Assembly: GCA_964459125.1 (NCBI GenBank)
Contig: CAYWLM010000001.1
Location: 1 to 62,286, forward strand
From: an uncultured Methylomonas sp.
GTDB lineage: Bacteria; Pseudomonadota; Gammaproteobacteria; Methylococcales; Methylomonadaceae
Direction: 5' to 3'
Length of the DNA stretch: 62,286 nucleotides
Shown here piece after piece: positions 44,655 through 54,874 of this stretch. The position numbers and the translations under genes are program-made. Every line of letters starts with the position of its first letter. The first letter of the stretch is position 1. The notes beneath the pieces were generated by a model. It was given only the letters and a program-made list of their open reading frames with translations. It was not told the origin of the DNA and searched no databases.

Positions 44655-46979
44655 ATGAGCGAAGAAAATAATTCCCATAACACAGATAATAGTGAGTCTG
44701 AAATTCGCTTATCTGTGTTAGGCATGAGTTGTGCTGGCTGTGTAAGCGCAGTAGAAACAGCATTAAACTCGGTTTCAGGAGTGACCTCGGTTACAGTAAA
44801 TTTTGCTGATCATTCGGCCACTGTAAAAGGTGAAGTTGACCCTGATTTACTGAAAAAGTCACTGAAAGATTCAGGCTATGACGGTGCGGTCATGGAAGGC
44901 TTTGAAGACCCTACTGAACAAGAAGAGCAAGAAATGGCTCGCTATAGACAACTCATGCGCAAAGCTACGGTTGCCGCAGTGTTTGGAGTGCCGCTAATGG
45001 TAGTAGGCCATTTCGGTGGTGTTCCCGATATAGGCTCGGCAACTGGTAACTGGTTCTGGCCTGAAGTCGCACTGATTACTCTGGGTATCTTGATTTATTC
45101 CGGTGGCCATTATTTTGTTGGCGCTGTAAAGTCATTACGTGCCAGACAGGCAAATATGGATACACTAATCGCCCTGGGTACTGGTTCTGCATGGTTATAT
45201 TCCTCCGTTGTTATTGATTATTCCGAATATTTACCTTCCCTTTCTGCCCATGCCTATTTTGAAGCATCCATCATTATCTTGGCTTTTATTAATTTTGGGG
45301 CAGCACTTGAAACCAAAGCGCGCGGAAAAACTTCTAGCGCGATCCGTGCCTTGATTGGACTACAACCGCGTACGGCAAGAGTGGTTAGAGAGGGACAAGA
45401 AATTGATATTCCAATTGAAGAAGTTGGATTAGGTGAAACTTTAAGAGTACGTCCAGGTGAAAAAATTGCTGTGGATGGTGAGCTACTAGAAGGGCATTCA
45501 ACAGTTGATGAATCTATGTTAACCGGTGAATCCTTACCAGTAGAAAAAGTTGTCGGTGCAAGTGTTGCAGCAGGCACCATGAATCAGCAAGGGAGCTTTT
45601 TATATCAGGCTACGCGTATTGGTCGTGATACCGCTTTGGCGCAAATTATTAAAAGCGTGCGTCAGGCGCAGGGAAGTAAACCTGAGCTTGCAAAACTAGC
45701 CGATAAAATTGCCAGTATTTTTGTCCCGGTCGTGGTTTGTATTTCCATCCTGACGTTTATAATCTGGAATATCTGGGGACCAGAGCCTTCATTAGGATAT
45801 GCCTTTGTCACTGCAATGACGGTATTAGTAATAGCCTGTCCTTGTGCTTTAGGCTTGGCAACTCCTATTTCTGTTATGGTATCAGTAGGCCGTTCCGCGC
45901 AGTCAGGTATCTTGATTCGTAATGGCGATGGCTTACAGGTGGCCGGTAAAATCAGTACCTTAGTGCTGGATAAAACAGGCACTGTAACAGAAGGCAAACC
46001 TACAGTATCAACCATCGTAGCAGCTGGAGATTATAGCCAGGATGATATTTTGCAGTTAGCTGCAAGTATTGAGAAAAATTCCGAACATCCTTTAGCTTCT
46101 GCCATTATTAATGCTGCTACAGAGAAATCTTTAAAATTAACCAGAGCAAAGCAATTTGCATCAGTTGCCGGGCATGGTGTGTCGGCCATGATTAAAGATC
46201 ATGCCGTGTTATTTGGTAATGTCGCTTTAATGCAGGAAAAAGGTGTTGCCTATGCAGCTTTTGATGACAAAATGCTTAGTCTGGCAGAGCAAGGACAAAC
46301 TCCAATGTTATTAGCGGTTGATAATGCTATCGCAGGAATCATTGCAGTCTCTGATCCCATTAAAGCTGACTCGGCAGAGGCAATTAAGCAATTACAAAAA
46401 CAAGGTGTACGGGTAATAATGGTAACGGGTGATAATACCACTACTGCTGAAGCCATTGCTAAACAAGCGGGCATTCGCGAAGTACGCGCACAGGTTTTAC
46501 CTGAAGATAAAGCCGTCATTGTCAAAGAACTACAGCAAGCAGGAGAGGTCGTCGGCATGGTTGGCGATGGTATTAACGATGCGCCAGCTTTAGCCCAGGC
46601 TAATGTTGGTATCGCGATTGGTACTGGTACCGATGTGGCGATAGAAAGTGCGGATATAGTGATCTTGCAAGGCTCGTTACTGAAGGTGCCTGAAGCTATG
46701 TTGTTGTCCAAAGCAACGGTGGCAAATATACAACAAAATTTATTTGGTGCTTTTATTTATAATTCACTGAGTATTCCGATTGCAGCTGGCTTGTTATACC
46801 CGGTGTTTGGTATTTTATTAAGCCCAATGATAGCAGGTGCCGCCATGGCGATGTCCTCAGTAACCGTCGTTGCCAATGCCAATCGTTTGCGCTGGATGGA
46901 TTTGAATAACGAGGACAAGAAAGACTATAAGCAGCAGGTTTTAGAGTTGATCGAGGCTTTTAAAAAGAGTTTAGCGTAA
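44655..46979 (+). CDS. copA: Copper-translocating P1B-type ATPase
   Basis: [38 protein letters not shown] and MAMSS Cu(I) motifs. Confidence 0.95.
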   Translation: MSEENNSHNTDNSESEIRLSVLGMSCAGCVSAVETALNSVSGVTSVTVNFADHSATVKGEVDPDLLKKSLKDSGYDGAVMEGFEDPTEQEEQEMARYRQLMRKATVAAVFGVPLMVVGHFGGVPDIGSATGNWFWPEVALITLGILIYSGGHYFVGAVKSLRARQANMDTLIALGTGSAWLYSSVVIDYSEYLPSLSAHAYFEASIIILAFINFGAALETKARGKTSSAIRALIGLQPRTARVVREGQEIDIPIEEVGLGETLRVRPGEKIAVDGELLEGHSTVDESMLTGESLPVEKVVGASVAAGTMNQQGSFLYQATRIGRDTALAQIIKSVRQAQGSKPELAKLADKIASIFVPVVVCISILTFIIWNIWGPEPSLGYAFVTAMTVLVIACPCALGLATPISVMVSVGRSAQSGILIRNGDGLQVAGKISTLVLDKTGTVTEGKPTVSTIVAAGDYSQDDILQLAASIEKNSEHPLASAIINAATEKSLKLTRAKQFASVAGHGVSAMIKDHAVLFGNVALMQEKGVAYAAFDDKMLSLAEQGQTPMLLAVDNAIAGIIAVSDPIKADSAEAIKQLQKQGVRVIMVTGDNTTTAEAIAKQAGIREVRAQVLPEDKAVIVKELQQAGEVVGMVGDGINDAPALAQANVGIAIGTGTDVAIESADIVILQGSLLKVPEAMLLSKATVANIQQNLFGAFIYNSLSIPIAAGLLYPVFGILLSPMIAGAAMAMSSVTVVANANRLRWMDLNNEDKKDYKQQVLELIEAFKKSLA

Positions 46980-46989
46980 GGTGGTAGGC

Positions 46990-47026
46990 AAGGCTGTTTC
47001 TGTGCTATGGGCAGTAACAGCCTTTT
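46990..47026. terminator. Hairpin after copA
   Basis: AAGGCTGTT...AACAGCCTT followed by TT. Confidence 0.6.
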
Positions 47027-47158
47027 GCTGTGACATATGTTGACCTAGGTATCTTGCTTGTCTAAGTCTTAAGCCTGCCTCACTAAACTCATTTTAATAT
47101 AAGCTGTTTGCTGTAATGCCAGCTTTGATTGGCTGTATAGCATCAAAAAATAGCGCTT

Positions 47159-47332
47159 TTAGCTGATCCTGACTAATCCTGATTTTACGCGTTTTTGCAT
47201 CAGCTCTAAATATTGCTGTTCTGCTTTTAACCAGTCTTGTAAGTTCTGATCTTGTTTAAATTCACGTTTTAATGAGTTGAAATAAGCCGCATCAGAAATC
47301 CATTTTTGTTTTTGTACTTGATTTTTACTCAT
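47159..47332 (-). CDS. Small DUF2934-like protein (57 aa, not in the ORF track)
   Basis: Manual translation MSKNQVQKQKWISDAAYFNSLKREFKQDQNLQDWLKAEQQY...; the I..AAY...R......DWL.AE pattern fits DUF2934. Confidence 0.7.
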   Translation of the reverse strand: MSKNQVQKQKWISDAAYFNSLKREFKQDQNLQDWLKAEQQYLELMQKRVKSGLVRIS

Positions 47333-47605
47333 GAGATATGGTTTTTAAGTTCTAAATGTTTAGAAAAAATAGCTGCAGAAATAAACGCAAATTATGCTCT
47401 ATTATAAAATACTGGTGTGATTTTTCTTAAAGACTTTTTAGCCTCATTTGTTTACCGGTAAAACCTGGATAACATAATCTAGAATTTCCCTGTAAAATAC
47501 TTCGCTACTGTCAGCCAGGATTTATTATGCGACATAAACTCGTCGTAAGGCATGCTTATTGCTTTTTCAGGCTTTGGGCTTTCTTTACTTATAAGGGAAA
47601 ATAAA

Positions 47606-48655
47606 ATGCAAATGCGTTTAGCAGATATTCAGCATCACGTAGGTGGCGAGTTATTTGGCGATGCCGGCACTGTAGTTAAAGCGGTCAATTCATTAGAGTT
47701 AGCTATGCCGGGTGAGATAGCATTTGCAGAAAATGACAAGTACCTGACTGCTGCTTTGCAAAGCAATGCCTCGATTTTAATTGTGCCGAAAAGTTTTCCC
47801 GAACTGGACGGTAAAAATATATTAAAAGTTGATAAGCCGAAAGAGATTTTTATCGGCATTATGATGATGTTTGATGACTCAGGAGTGACGTTTTCAGGTA
47901 TTCATCCCTCCGCTGTTATAGCTGAAAAGCAAGTAATAATCGCAGACTCTGTGGCTATTGCTGCACATGTTTGTATACAGGAAAATGTCACCATCGGTGC
48001 GAATACAACGATCGATTCTAATACCCATATTGGGCATCATGTCGTTATTGGCGAACATTGCAAAATAGGTCCAAATGTCACTATTTTATCTAAAGTAACG
48101 TTAGGGCATAACGTTACAATCCATCCTGGTACGGTAATAGGCGGGGATGGTTTTGGCTACTTCTGGGATGGACAGCAACAGAAAAAAGTACCGCAACTTG
48201 GTGGTGTAATTATTGAAGATAATGTCGAAATAGGCTGCAATGTCTGTATCGATAGAGCAACCTTTGGCATGACGCGGATCGGCAAAGGTACAAAAATCGA
48301 TAATCTGGTACAAATTGCGCATAACAATGATATAGGCGAGCATTGTATTATTGTTTCCCATGTAGGTTTATCTGGCAGTGTTACATTAGGTAAACGTGTT
48401 ACTTTGGCAGGACAGGTTGGGATTGCCGATCATATCACCATGGGTGATGGTTCTACAGCTGCTGCAAGAACAGGGATTTCTAAAGACGTACAGCCCAATC
48501 AGGTGGTCTGGGGCGCACCGAATCGGCCTATAAAACAAGTAATGCGTGAAATGGCAAGCATTACTAAATTACCAGCTCTATTGGGTCAGGTGAAAAGTAT
48601 TCTTAAAAGATTGACAGAGATAGAACAAAAGCTATCTCGTCTGGATAATGAATAG
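47606..48655 (+). CDS. lpxD: UDP-3-O-(3-hydroxyacyl)glucosamine N-acyltransferase, stand-alone copy
   Basis: Hexapeptide repeats, [37 protein letters not shown]. Confidence 0.93.
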   Translation: MQMRLADIQHHVGGELFGDAGTVVKAVNSLELAMPGEIAFAENDKYLTAALQSNASILIVPKSFPELDGKNILKVDKPKEIFIGIMMMFDDSGVTFSGIHPSAVIAEKQVIIADSVAIAAHVCIQENVTIGANTTIDSNTHIGHHVVIGEHCKIGPNVTILSKVTLGHNVTIHPGTVIGGDGFGYFWDGQQQKKVPQLGGVIIEDNVEIGCNVCIDRATFGMTRIGKGTKIDNLVQIAHNNDIGEHCIIVSHVGLSGSVTLGKRVTLAGQVGIADHITMGDGSTAAARTGISKDVQPNQVVWGAPNRPIKQVMREMASITKLPALLGQVKSILKRLTEIEQKLSRLDNE

Positions 48656-48699
48656 AGGAGTGGGCTGTATAGGCCTACTCCATAGTGAATTATTACTCT

Positions 48700-48794
48700 A
48701 CTCGCGTCCTGCGTGAAAATTCATACGCGGCGCTTCTCGCTTTATGCCACAACGTATCATCAACAGCATTTCCACGCAGAGCGTAGAAACAAGA
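48700..48794. repeat. Degenerate copy of a CCCACGCAGAGCGTGGGAACGAG-type palindromic repeat
   Basis: CTGCGTGAAAATTC ... GCATTTCCACGCAGAGCGTAGAAACAAG form an imperfect inverted pair. Confidence 0.5.
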
Positions 48795-48806
48795 TTTAAT
48801 TAAATA

Positions 48807-50375
48807 ATGAAAACTTTTCTCAAAAGTTCGTGGTTATTGCCTGTTTTATCAGGCTTCTTTATTGGCACCAGTTATATTCCTTTTCCTCCCTGGGCTTCGG
48901 TGTTTGGTTTTATCCCCTTATGGATATTCTGGGAACAACAAACGCGCCTGAGAAATATCATTCTAAGCAGTATACTCTGTACTTTTGTTTATACCCTGAT
49001 CGGTTTTAACTGGGTCACGCATTTATTGCACGAGTTTGCCCACGCCCCCTGGATTATTGCTGCATTAGGCATGCTCTTATTCGCCTTGTTTGCACATCTT
49101 TTTGTGCCGGTTGCAGGAACGCTATGGTTTATTGGTCGAAAACACAGACTATACTCCGGTTGGCAGTCTATCCTGGCAATGGGCTTGTTCACTGCATTAT
49201 CTTTGTGGGCCATTCCGATGTTGTTTAAATGGAATTTTGGCTATGCCTGGTACGGCGCGGGTATTCCCCTATATCACTTGGCTGAATACATCGGTTTTAG
49301 CGGTTTAAGCATGTTAACGGTGCTTGCTAATGTGCCTCTGTATATTGCATGGCAGAAAAAGCAGGATAAAGTCGGGCGTGTTGTACTTATTCGTGTGTTT
49401 ATTGTATTTCTTATCTTGAATGCTTTTGGTTTAAGCACAAAAGCATGGCAGCCCAAACCTGATGCTTCATTTAATACTTTGCTAGTGCAGGCTAATATAG
49501 GCAATGCCGAGAAAATGGCAGCTGAATTCGGGCGTGGTTTTTATGATGAAATACTGCATAAATATCAAGCGGCTACGGATAAAGGTTTAGATGAACATGC
49601 TGACCGCAAGATTGATTTTATTCTCTGGTCCGAAACCGCCTTTCCATCCTTGTTAAACCGGGAATATCAGGATAGCTATTTTTCTCAGCAATTAATAAAC
49701 TATATCAATAAGCGGCAGGTTGCACTCATTACAGGCGCTTATGCGAAAGATCCTGATAGCGGCTTGATTACAAATTCCTTATTTATTTTAGATAAGCAAG
49801 GACAGGTACAGGCACCGTATTACAGTAAAACTATTTTACTGGCTTTTGGCGAGTATATCCCCGGTGAGGAACAGTTTCCGGTATTCCGGGAATGGCTGCC
49901 TATGGTCGGGCATTTTGGTCGTGGCCAGGGGCCTACTCAATTACTTGCATTAGAGGATTATAAAATAGGCCCGCAAATATGTTACGAAAGTCTTTACCCG
50001 GGTTTTTCTAGATCATTAGCCGATCTAGGTGCGCAGTTTATTGTCAATGTCACCAATGATTCCTGGTATGGCACTTGGCAAGAGCCTTATCAGCATATGT
50101 ACATGACCCTGGCGAGAGCGATAGAAACCCGCAGACCCTTGGTACGAGTAACTAATACCGGGATTTCAACGGTAGTGCTGGCATCGGGTGAAGTCTTACA
50201 GCAATCACCTATGCATCAGGATTGGGCTGGATTATATACGGTCCCTTATTTAAAAGAACCTAAAGCAACTTTTTATCAGCGATATTATGCTTTAATGCCT
50301 GGTGCTTTATTAGGGGTTTTATTATTATTGATATTAAATGGCTGCAGATTACATAAAACCACGCAAGGACTTTAG
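48807..50375 (+). CDS. lnt: Apolipoprotein N-acyltransferase (copy 2, divergent)
   Basis: QANI, WSETAF(E), YSKTILLAFGEY(K), ICYES(C), TNDSWY, RAIETRRPLVRVTNTGIS. Confidence 0.9.
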   Translation: MKTFLKSSWLLPVLSGFFIGTSYIPFPPWASVFGFIPLWIFWEQQTRLRNIILSSILCTFVYTLIGFNWVTHLLHEFAHAPWIIAALGMLLFALFAHLFVPVAGTLWFIGRKHRLYSGWQSILAMGLFTALSLWAIPMLFKWNFGYAWYGAGIPLYHLAEYIGFSGLSMLTVLANVPLYIAWQKKQDKVGRVVLIRVFIVFLILNAFGLSTKAWQPKPDASFNTLLVQANIGNAEKMAAEFGRGFYDEILHKYQAATDKGLDEHADRKIDFILWSETAFPSLLNREYQDSYFSQQLINYINKRQVALITGAYAKDPDSGLITNSLFILDKQGQVQAPYYSKTILLAFGEYIPGEEQFPVFREWLPMVGHFGRGQGPTQLLALEDYKIGPQICYESLYPGFSRSLADLGAQFIVNVTNDSWYGTWQEPYQHMYMTLARAIETRRPLVRVTNTGISTVVLASGEVLQQSPMHQDWAGLYTVPYLKEPKATFYQRYYALMPGALLGVLLLLILNGCRLHKTTQGL

Positions 50376-50440
50376 TCCGCAAGATAGGTATTACATAGGG
50401 CGAGCTACATACATCAGCAATAATTTTAACCCAGCAGTCC

Positions 50441-50986
50441 TTACCACATTAAATCATCAGGAATCTGATAATCAGCATACGGATCATCAGTCGCTACCTG
50501 ATCTTCTATCTTGTCGTTCAGAACCAGAATAAAACTGGCATCACGTTGTTTTATTTTCTCAGCCACTTGTGCGGGCACCAGTGCGTAGCGAGGAGCATCA
50601 TATTTAACAATGGCTAATTTACCATTGCTGATATTTTTTAGCGTGGCATTATCGACATAAATTTTCTTGACCGTATCATTGTCAGAGAAATTATAAGCAA
50701 TCCCTTCACTATCCTGGGCCTGAGTATTGAGCTCAATTAGTTGCTTTATCTGCGCTACAATCGCTTTTTGATCTGCTGCTAACTTGCGTTGCTGGTTTAA
50801 CTCACGGTCTTTGGCCTGTTTTTCAGCCAGAGATTTTTGCGCAAGTAAGGTGGCTTCCTCGGTTTGTTCCGTTTTGCTATTGCGTTGTTGTTTTGATTGT
50901 TTATACTTTTCCTTTTTTGCTTGATTTGCTTTATCTTTCTTAATAAGACCTGAGTTCAAAAGCTGGTCTTGTAATGAGATTGCCAT
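50441..50986 (-). CDS. DUF2058 family protein
   Basis: SLQDQLL.SGL, DRELN, C-terminal DDPYADYQIPDDLMW. Confidence 0.92.
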   Translation of the reverse strand: MAISLQDQLLNSGLIKKDKANQAKKEKYKQSKQQRNSKTEQTEEATLLAQKSLAEKQAKDRELNQQRKLAADQKAIVAQIKQLIELNTQAQDSEGIAYNFSDNDTVKKIYVDNATLKNISNGKLAIVKYDAPRYALVPAQVAEKIKQRDASFILVLNDKIEDQVATDDPYADYQIPDDLMW

Positions 50987-51075
50987 ACTTATTGCCTTTA
51001 TTATGCTGAGTTGGTTGTGGGTAAATTATAATGTAATCAGCTTTTTATTTAAATAGTGCTGGAGTTATTCCTTAT

Positions 51076-52221
51076 ATGAGTCATGTGCCCAAGAAAGTTA
51101 TGCTGGTGTCTGGAGAATCCTCAGGCGATCAGCATGGCGCAAATTTATTTCTTGAATTAAAAAAACGCTGCCCTGATATCCAGGGGATTGGTATGGGCGG
51201 TAAAAAAATGGCCGAAGCCGGGATAGAGATACACTATGATTCTTCAAATATCGGTGTCATCGGTGTGATCGAAGTCATTCTGCGCTATGCCGAGATCAAG
51301 CGAGCCTTAAATGCAATGCAGAGCTTGCTGTTAGAGCAACGACCTGATTTGCTGATATGTATAGACTACAAGGAATTTAATTTTAAATTAGCAGGTTTTG
51401 CCAAGAAAAATGGCATCAAAGTATTATTTTATGTCAGTCCGCAAATCTGGGCCTGGCGGCCTGGGCGAGTAGTTAAATATGGCAAGGTCATAGATATGAT
51501 GGCAGTTATATTCCCCTTTGAAGTGCCTTTTTATGCAAAGGAAAATGTGCCCGTACGCTATGTCGGACATCCTTCGGTGGATACAGCCCATGCACAGCAT
51601 AGCAGAGAACACGACTTTAAGGCGTTTGGCCTGGCAATTAATCAGCCGGTAGTGGGTATATTGCCGGGTAGTCGTAGCGATGAAATCAACCGTATGTTAC
51701 CGGTTATGCTGCAGGCGGCTGAACTGATACAGCAAGCTATTCCGGGTGTTCAGTTTGTTTTGCCGCAGGCAGATTCAGTAACAAATGAATTATTACAGGC
51801 TTCTTTTCAACAGTCTCCAGTTGAGGTGAAAAGCATAAAAAGTCAGTTTCATGATACGGTGCAATGTTGCGATGTAGTGATGACCGTCTCAGGAACGGCT
51901 ACCCTCGAAATTGCCTTGCTTGAAGTGCCTATGTTAGTGGCTTATAAGCTATCTACTATTACCTATTTACTCGCGAAGATGCTGGTCGATACCGAGTTTA
52001 TCGGCTTACCCAATATCATTGCTGGAAAACCCGTAGTCAAAGAGTTTATCCAGTATCAGGCGACACCACAAAACCTGGCGCAGGAAATAATCCACCTATT
52101 AACCGACAAGCAGTATGCGCAAACAGTACGTGAAGGTTTGCAAATGGTTAAAATAAAAGTAGGTGAGGGCGGTGGTTCGGAGAATATGGCCGAGTTAGCA
52201 TTAGAAATGCTGCAAGAATAA
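51076..52221 (+). CDS. lpxB: Lipid-A-disaccharide synthase, stand-alone
   Basis: SGESSGD.HGA, YVSPQIWAWR, IFPFE, VGHP, LPGSR, SGTATLE, LPNII. Confidence 0.96.
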   Translation: MSHVPKKVMLVSGESSGDQHGANLFLELKKRCPDIQGIGMGGKKMAEAGIEIHYDSSNIGVIGVIEVILRYAEIKRALNAMQSLLLEQRPDLLICIDYKEFNFKLAGFAKKNGIKVLFYVSPQIWAWRPGRVVKYGKVIDMMAVIFPFEVPFYAKENVPVRYVGHPSVDTAHAQHSREHDFKAFGLAINQPVVGILPGSRSDEINRMLPVMLQAAELIQQAIPGVQFVLPQADSVTNELLQASFQQSPVEVKSIKSQFHDTVQCCDVVMTVSGTATLEIALLEVPMLVAYKLSTITYLLAKMLVDTEFIGLPNIIAGKPVVKEFIQYQATPQNLAQEIIHLLTDKQYAQTVREGLQMVKIKVGEGGGSENMAELALEMLQE

Positions 52222-52243
52222 TAGGCCGTTGCGGTAGGGGTTA

Positions 52244-52333
52244 TCAGCTAAAAAGGTGGGCAGGAAAGCATTGCCCACCCTACCTGTCTACGGGCTGTAA
52301 ACGCGTAGGGTGGGCAACGTTTCTCTGCCCACC
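52244..52333. repeat. REP doublet, family A (GTAGGGTGGGCA...TGCCCACC)
   Basis: Copies at 52255-52283 (minus) and 52305-52333 (plus), each a GTAG tetranucleotide plus palindrome. Confidence 0.88.
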
Positions 52334-52371
52334 TAAATTCTAAACATGGCTTCTCCTAACAAACAACATTA

Positions 52372-52837
52372 ATGAATCGACTCCATAAGCTATATGCATT
52401 ATCTGGCTATCAATGGTATTTATTGCTATCAGCCATGATTCTGCTACCTGCGATCAGGCTCTCACTTAATCTGTTTGGTTTTAAAAAAAACCTACAATAG
52501 AATATTAAATTCATATATCAGCAATCAATCTCTAGCAGAGCTTGATGACAAACCGTTGCTTGAAGCACAAACAGTCGCACGCATGATTGATATAGCCGCG
52601 GCTCATGGAATCTATCGAGCCAACTGCTTAACGAGATCTTTACTTTTAATGCTAGCATTAAAAAAACGCAATATTCCCTGTCGGCTTATGATTGGCGCAA
52701 ATGAACAGAAAAATATTGAAGGCAATGATTTTAGTGCTCATGCCTGGGTTGAGTCAGGCGGGAAGGTGTTAAATGATAAAAGTGATGTTTCCCAGCGATT
52801 CAAGGCATTCCCGTTACACAAGGGTATTTTAAAATGA
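52372..52837 (+). pseudogene. Lasso-peptide B2-type transglutaminase-like protein, +1 frameshift in an A8 run
   Basis: MNRLHKLYALSGYQWYLLLSAMILLPAIRLSLNLFGFKK shifts at A8 (52483-52490) into TYNRIL...NCLTRSL...AHAWVE..G.VLND; A7 restores a single ORF. Confidence 0.78.
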
Positions 52838-52848
52838 GTAGCTATTCC

Positions 52849-52891
52849 TCAGCTAAAAAGGTGGGCAGGAAAGCATTGCCCACCCTACCTG
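52849..52891. repeat. Family-A REP; exact 43-bp direct repeat of 52244-52286
   Basis: TCAGCTAAAAAGGTGGGCAGGAAAGCATTGCCCACCCTACCTG occurs at both positions. Confidence 0.92.
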
Positions 52892-52911
52892 ACTGGAATC
52901 CGGTTAAACCC

Positions 52912-53258
52912 GTAGGATGCGGTGAGGCACGAACCGCATCGATCGAGACCGTAGAAACACAAATCAAATAGTTGAATACCGCAGAGCAAAACACAAAGTG
53001 CAACATATTTTTCACCGTAAACTGTGCCGAACGCATTGGAAATAGTCTATTAACGGACAATATCGACGAGCTGCGACGGGCTTTGCGCAAGGTAAAAGAC
53101 CATCATCCATTTGAAATCGATGCGATTGACCCTACTCAAGCTTCCATGCGTATGTGCGTAGAGGCATTTATCCAGCAGATTGGGCAAATGTGCCGGATCA
53201 GCAATTCAATGGCGGTGAATAACGCGATTGATGCGGTTCGTGCCTCACCACATCCTAC
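52912..53258 (+). mobile_element. Internally deleted RAYT (REP-associated tyrosine transposase) flanked by inverted family-B REPs
   Basis: REPs GTAGGATGCGGTGAGGCACGAACCGCATC at 52912-52940 and inverted at 53230-53258; N-terminal FFTVNCAER..LLTDNID.LR...VK..HPFEIDA joined to C-terminal D*PYSSFH.YV.RGIYPADW; HUH core missing. Confidence 0.87.
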
Positions 53259-53307
53259 TGACTGTGATGTCCCGTCTTAAGTTGGTAGCCCAATAAAGCT
53301 TTTACAG

Positions 53308-53739
53308 CTATAGCTGTGTAAATAATTCAAACTGACTGGCTTTTTTTATCAAAAGTTAAAGTTGTTTCGCAGTTTGCGGAAAATGCAGCCTGTGAAATCA
53401 AAATATCAGATAGGTCATGCGAGTATTTATTAGCAGAAATAATAAAATGTCGTAAAGTACTTTGATTTTCAAACTCAAACAGGTGCATCTGTAATAGATT
53501 AGAAATTGCCACTATTATGTATTGTCTACTGACGCCATAAGCAGACTGTAAAACCCAAATTACTTCGAGAATAACCAATATCGGTACATATAAAGATTGA
53601 TTCATTTGTTCCGCTTCACTAAATAACTGAAGTACTGTACTGTACTGTACTGTACTGTACTGTACTGTACTGTACTGGATTGTTTTTTATCATCTTGAAC
53701 AAGGAATCGCACTAAAATATTTGTATCTAATGCTTTCAT
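53308..53739 (-). pseudogene. vapC: PIN-domain (VapC) toxin, out of frame at a (GTACT)9 tract and at an A7 run near the 3' end
   Basis: MKALDTNILVRFLVQDD (start overlaps the antitoxin stop, ATGA), then after the repeat LQLFSEAEQ..VILEVIWVL...DLSDILI...TLTFDKK. Confidence 0.88.
53632..53676. repeat. Perfect pentanucleotide microsatellite (GTACT)9
   Basis: Nine exact units counted directly. Confidence 0.97.
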
Positions 53740-53987
53740 GAAAAGTCTTTTTTAAATTGTTTAGCGATTGCCTGGTTCATTTCTTTTATTGAAATAGCTT
53801 TATCTTTCTTATATTTATTTAGTAGACCAAAAACCTCAGTTGCTTTTTTGGTAATGGGCTTTATTACAACCTCATTTTGTTCATTAACTATAAATTCAAT
53901 TTTATCTCCCGCATCAATTGACATGGACTCCCTCAGAGCCTTTGGAATTGTAATTTGTCCCTTGCTGGTTAACGTGGATAGTGACAT
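53736..53987 (-). CDS. AbrB/MazE/SpoVT-family antitoxin
   Basis: STLTSKGQITIPKALRE.M.I.AGD.IEF. Confidence 0.92.
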   Translation of the reverse strand: MSLSTLTSKGQITIPKALRESMSIDAGDKIEFIVNEQNEVVIKPITKKATEVFGLLNKYKKDKAISIKEMNQAIAKQFKKDFS

Positions 53988-54128
53988 AGCTTTCCCTTAC
54001 TTAAATAAAAAGTATGCTTGATGGTATTATTGGTTGGTAGGAAAGTCAAAAAAATTTAGAAAATAAAGGAGTCAAACACCTTTACCCTTATTGTAAAGCT
54101 TTTACATAGATAAAAGCAGAGAAGGAGT

Positions 54129-54404
54129 TTAAAAAAATAGATCGGCGTGTGTTCCTGTTTCAACTAGCTGTAATCCATTATCAGCAGTTAGTCTATATAT
54201 TAGTAGCCAATCGGGTTCTATATGACACTCACGACATCCTCCAAAATTACCAATAAGCTTATGATCTTGATATTCTCTAGTTAATGGCCTGTCTTCAATA
54301 AGCTGACGTATCGCTGTTTGCAATTTATCAATATTTAATCCACGTTTTTTTGCTAGTTTTACTTGCCTTTTAAAAAGGGTGGTTTGCTCGATATATCGTG
54401 TCAT
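54129..54404 (-). CDS. yafQ: YafQ-family toxin (RelE superfamily)
   Basis: DHKLIGN...RECHIEPDWLLIY...TGTHADLF. Confidence 0.93.
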   Translation of the reverse strand: MTRYIEQTTLFKRQVKLAKKRGLNIDKLQTAIRQLIEDRPLTREYQDHKLIGNFGGCRECHIEPDWLLIYRLTADNGLQLVETGTHADLFF

Positions 54405-54667
54405 TTTTCGATATCCCAGCTATCAAAAAGATTTTCTACATCATCAAATTTTTCTGATTTTCCTGTGTCAAGCTCTTGCAGTGCTTGTTTAAAGTTTGAT
54501 GTTGGTTGTCTTAATGTAGGAGTAAAAGGAAATTTATAATCTGTCACTGTCTGATTAAGAAAAAGACGTATAGCTTCAGCAAGAGTAAGCCCCATTGCAG
54601 AAAAAACAATTTCTGCTTCGTTTTTTAAGTCTTGAGGAACTCTGCTTTGTACAATAACTTTTTGCAT
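54401..54667 (-). CDS. dinJ: RelB/DinJ-family antitoxin
   Basis: RV..DLK.EAE.VF.AMGLT.AEAIRLFL.Q......PF; 4-bp overlap with the toxin gene. Confidence 0.9.
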   Translation of the reverse strand: MQKVIVQSRVPQDLKNEAEIVFSAMGLTLAEAIRLFLNQTVTDYKFPFTPTLRQPTSNFKQALQELDTGKSEKFDDVENLFDSWDIEK

Positions 54668-54874
54668 GGTAATCTCTTTAATCTATATTATTAGACGGCA
54701 ATATTAATCTATTTGATAGCAAGTTGCAATTTTAGTTAGATTGTTGACAAATCAAAATAGCTGACCCCTTGACATTTTTTGGTCAGCGGTAGTTCATATA
54801 TAAATCGCAATGATAGATGCTCTAACATCTTTTGAGAGGGGGAATTGCGTTCACACCTTGTTGGTGAGGAGCTC

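Noticed and set aside
52372..52837. Lasso peptide biosynthetic gene cluster
   Set aside because: Only a B2-like gene is present; no precursor, cyclase, RRE or transporter in the window
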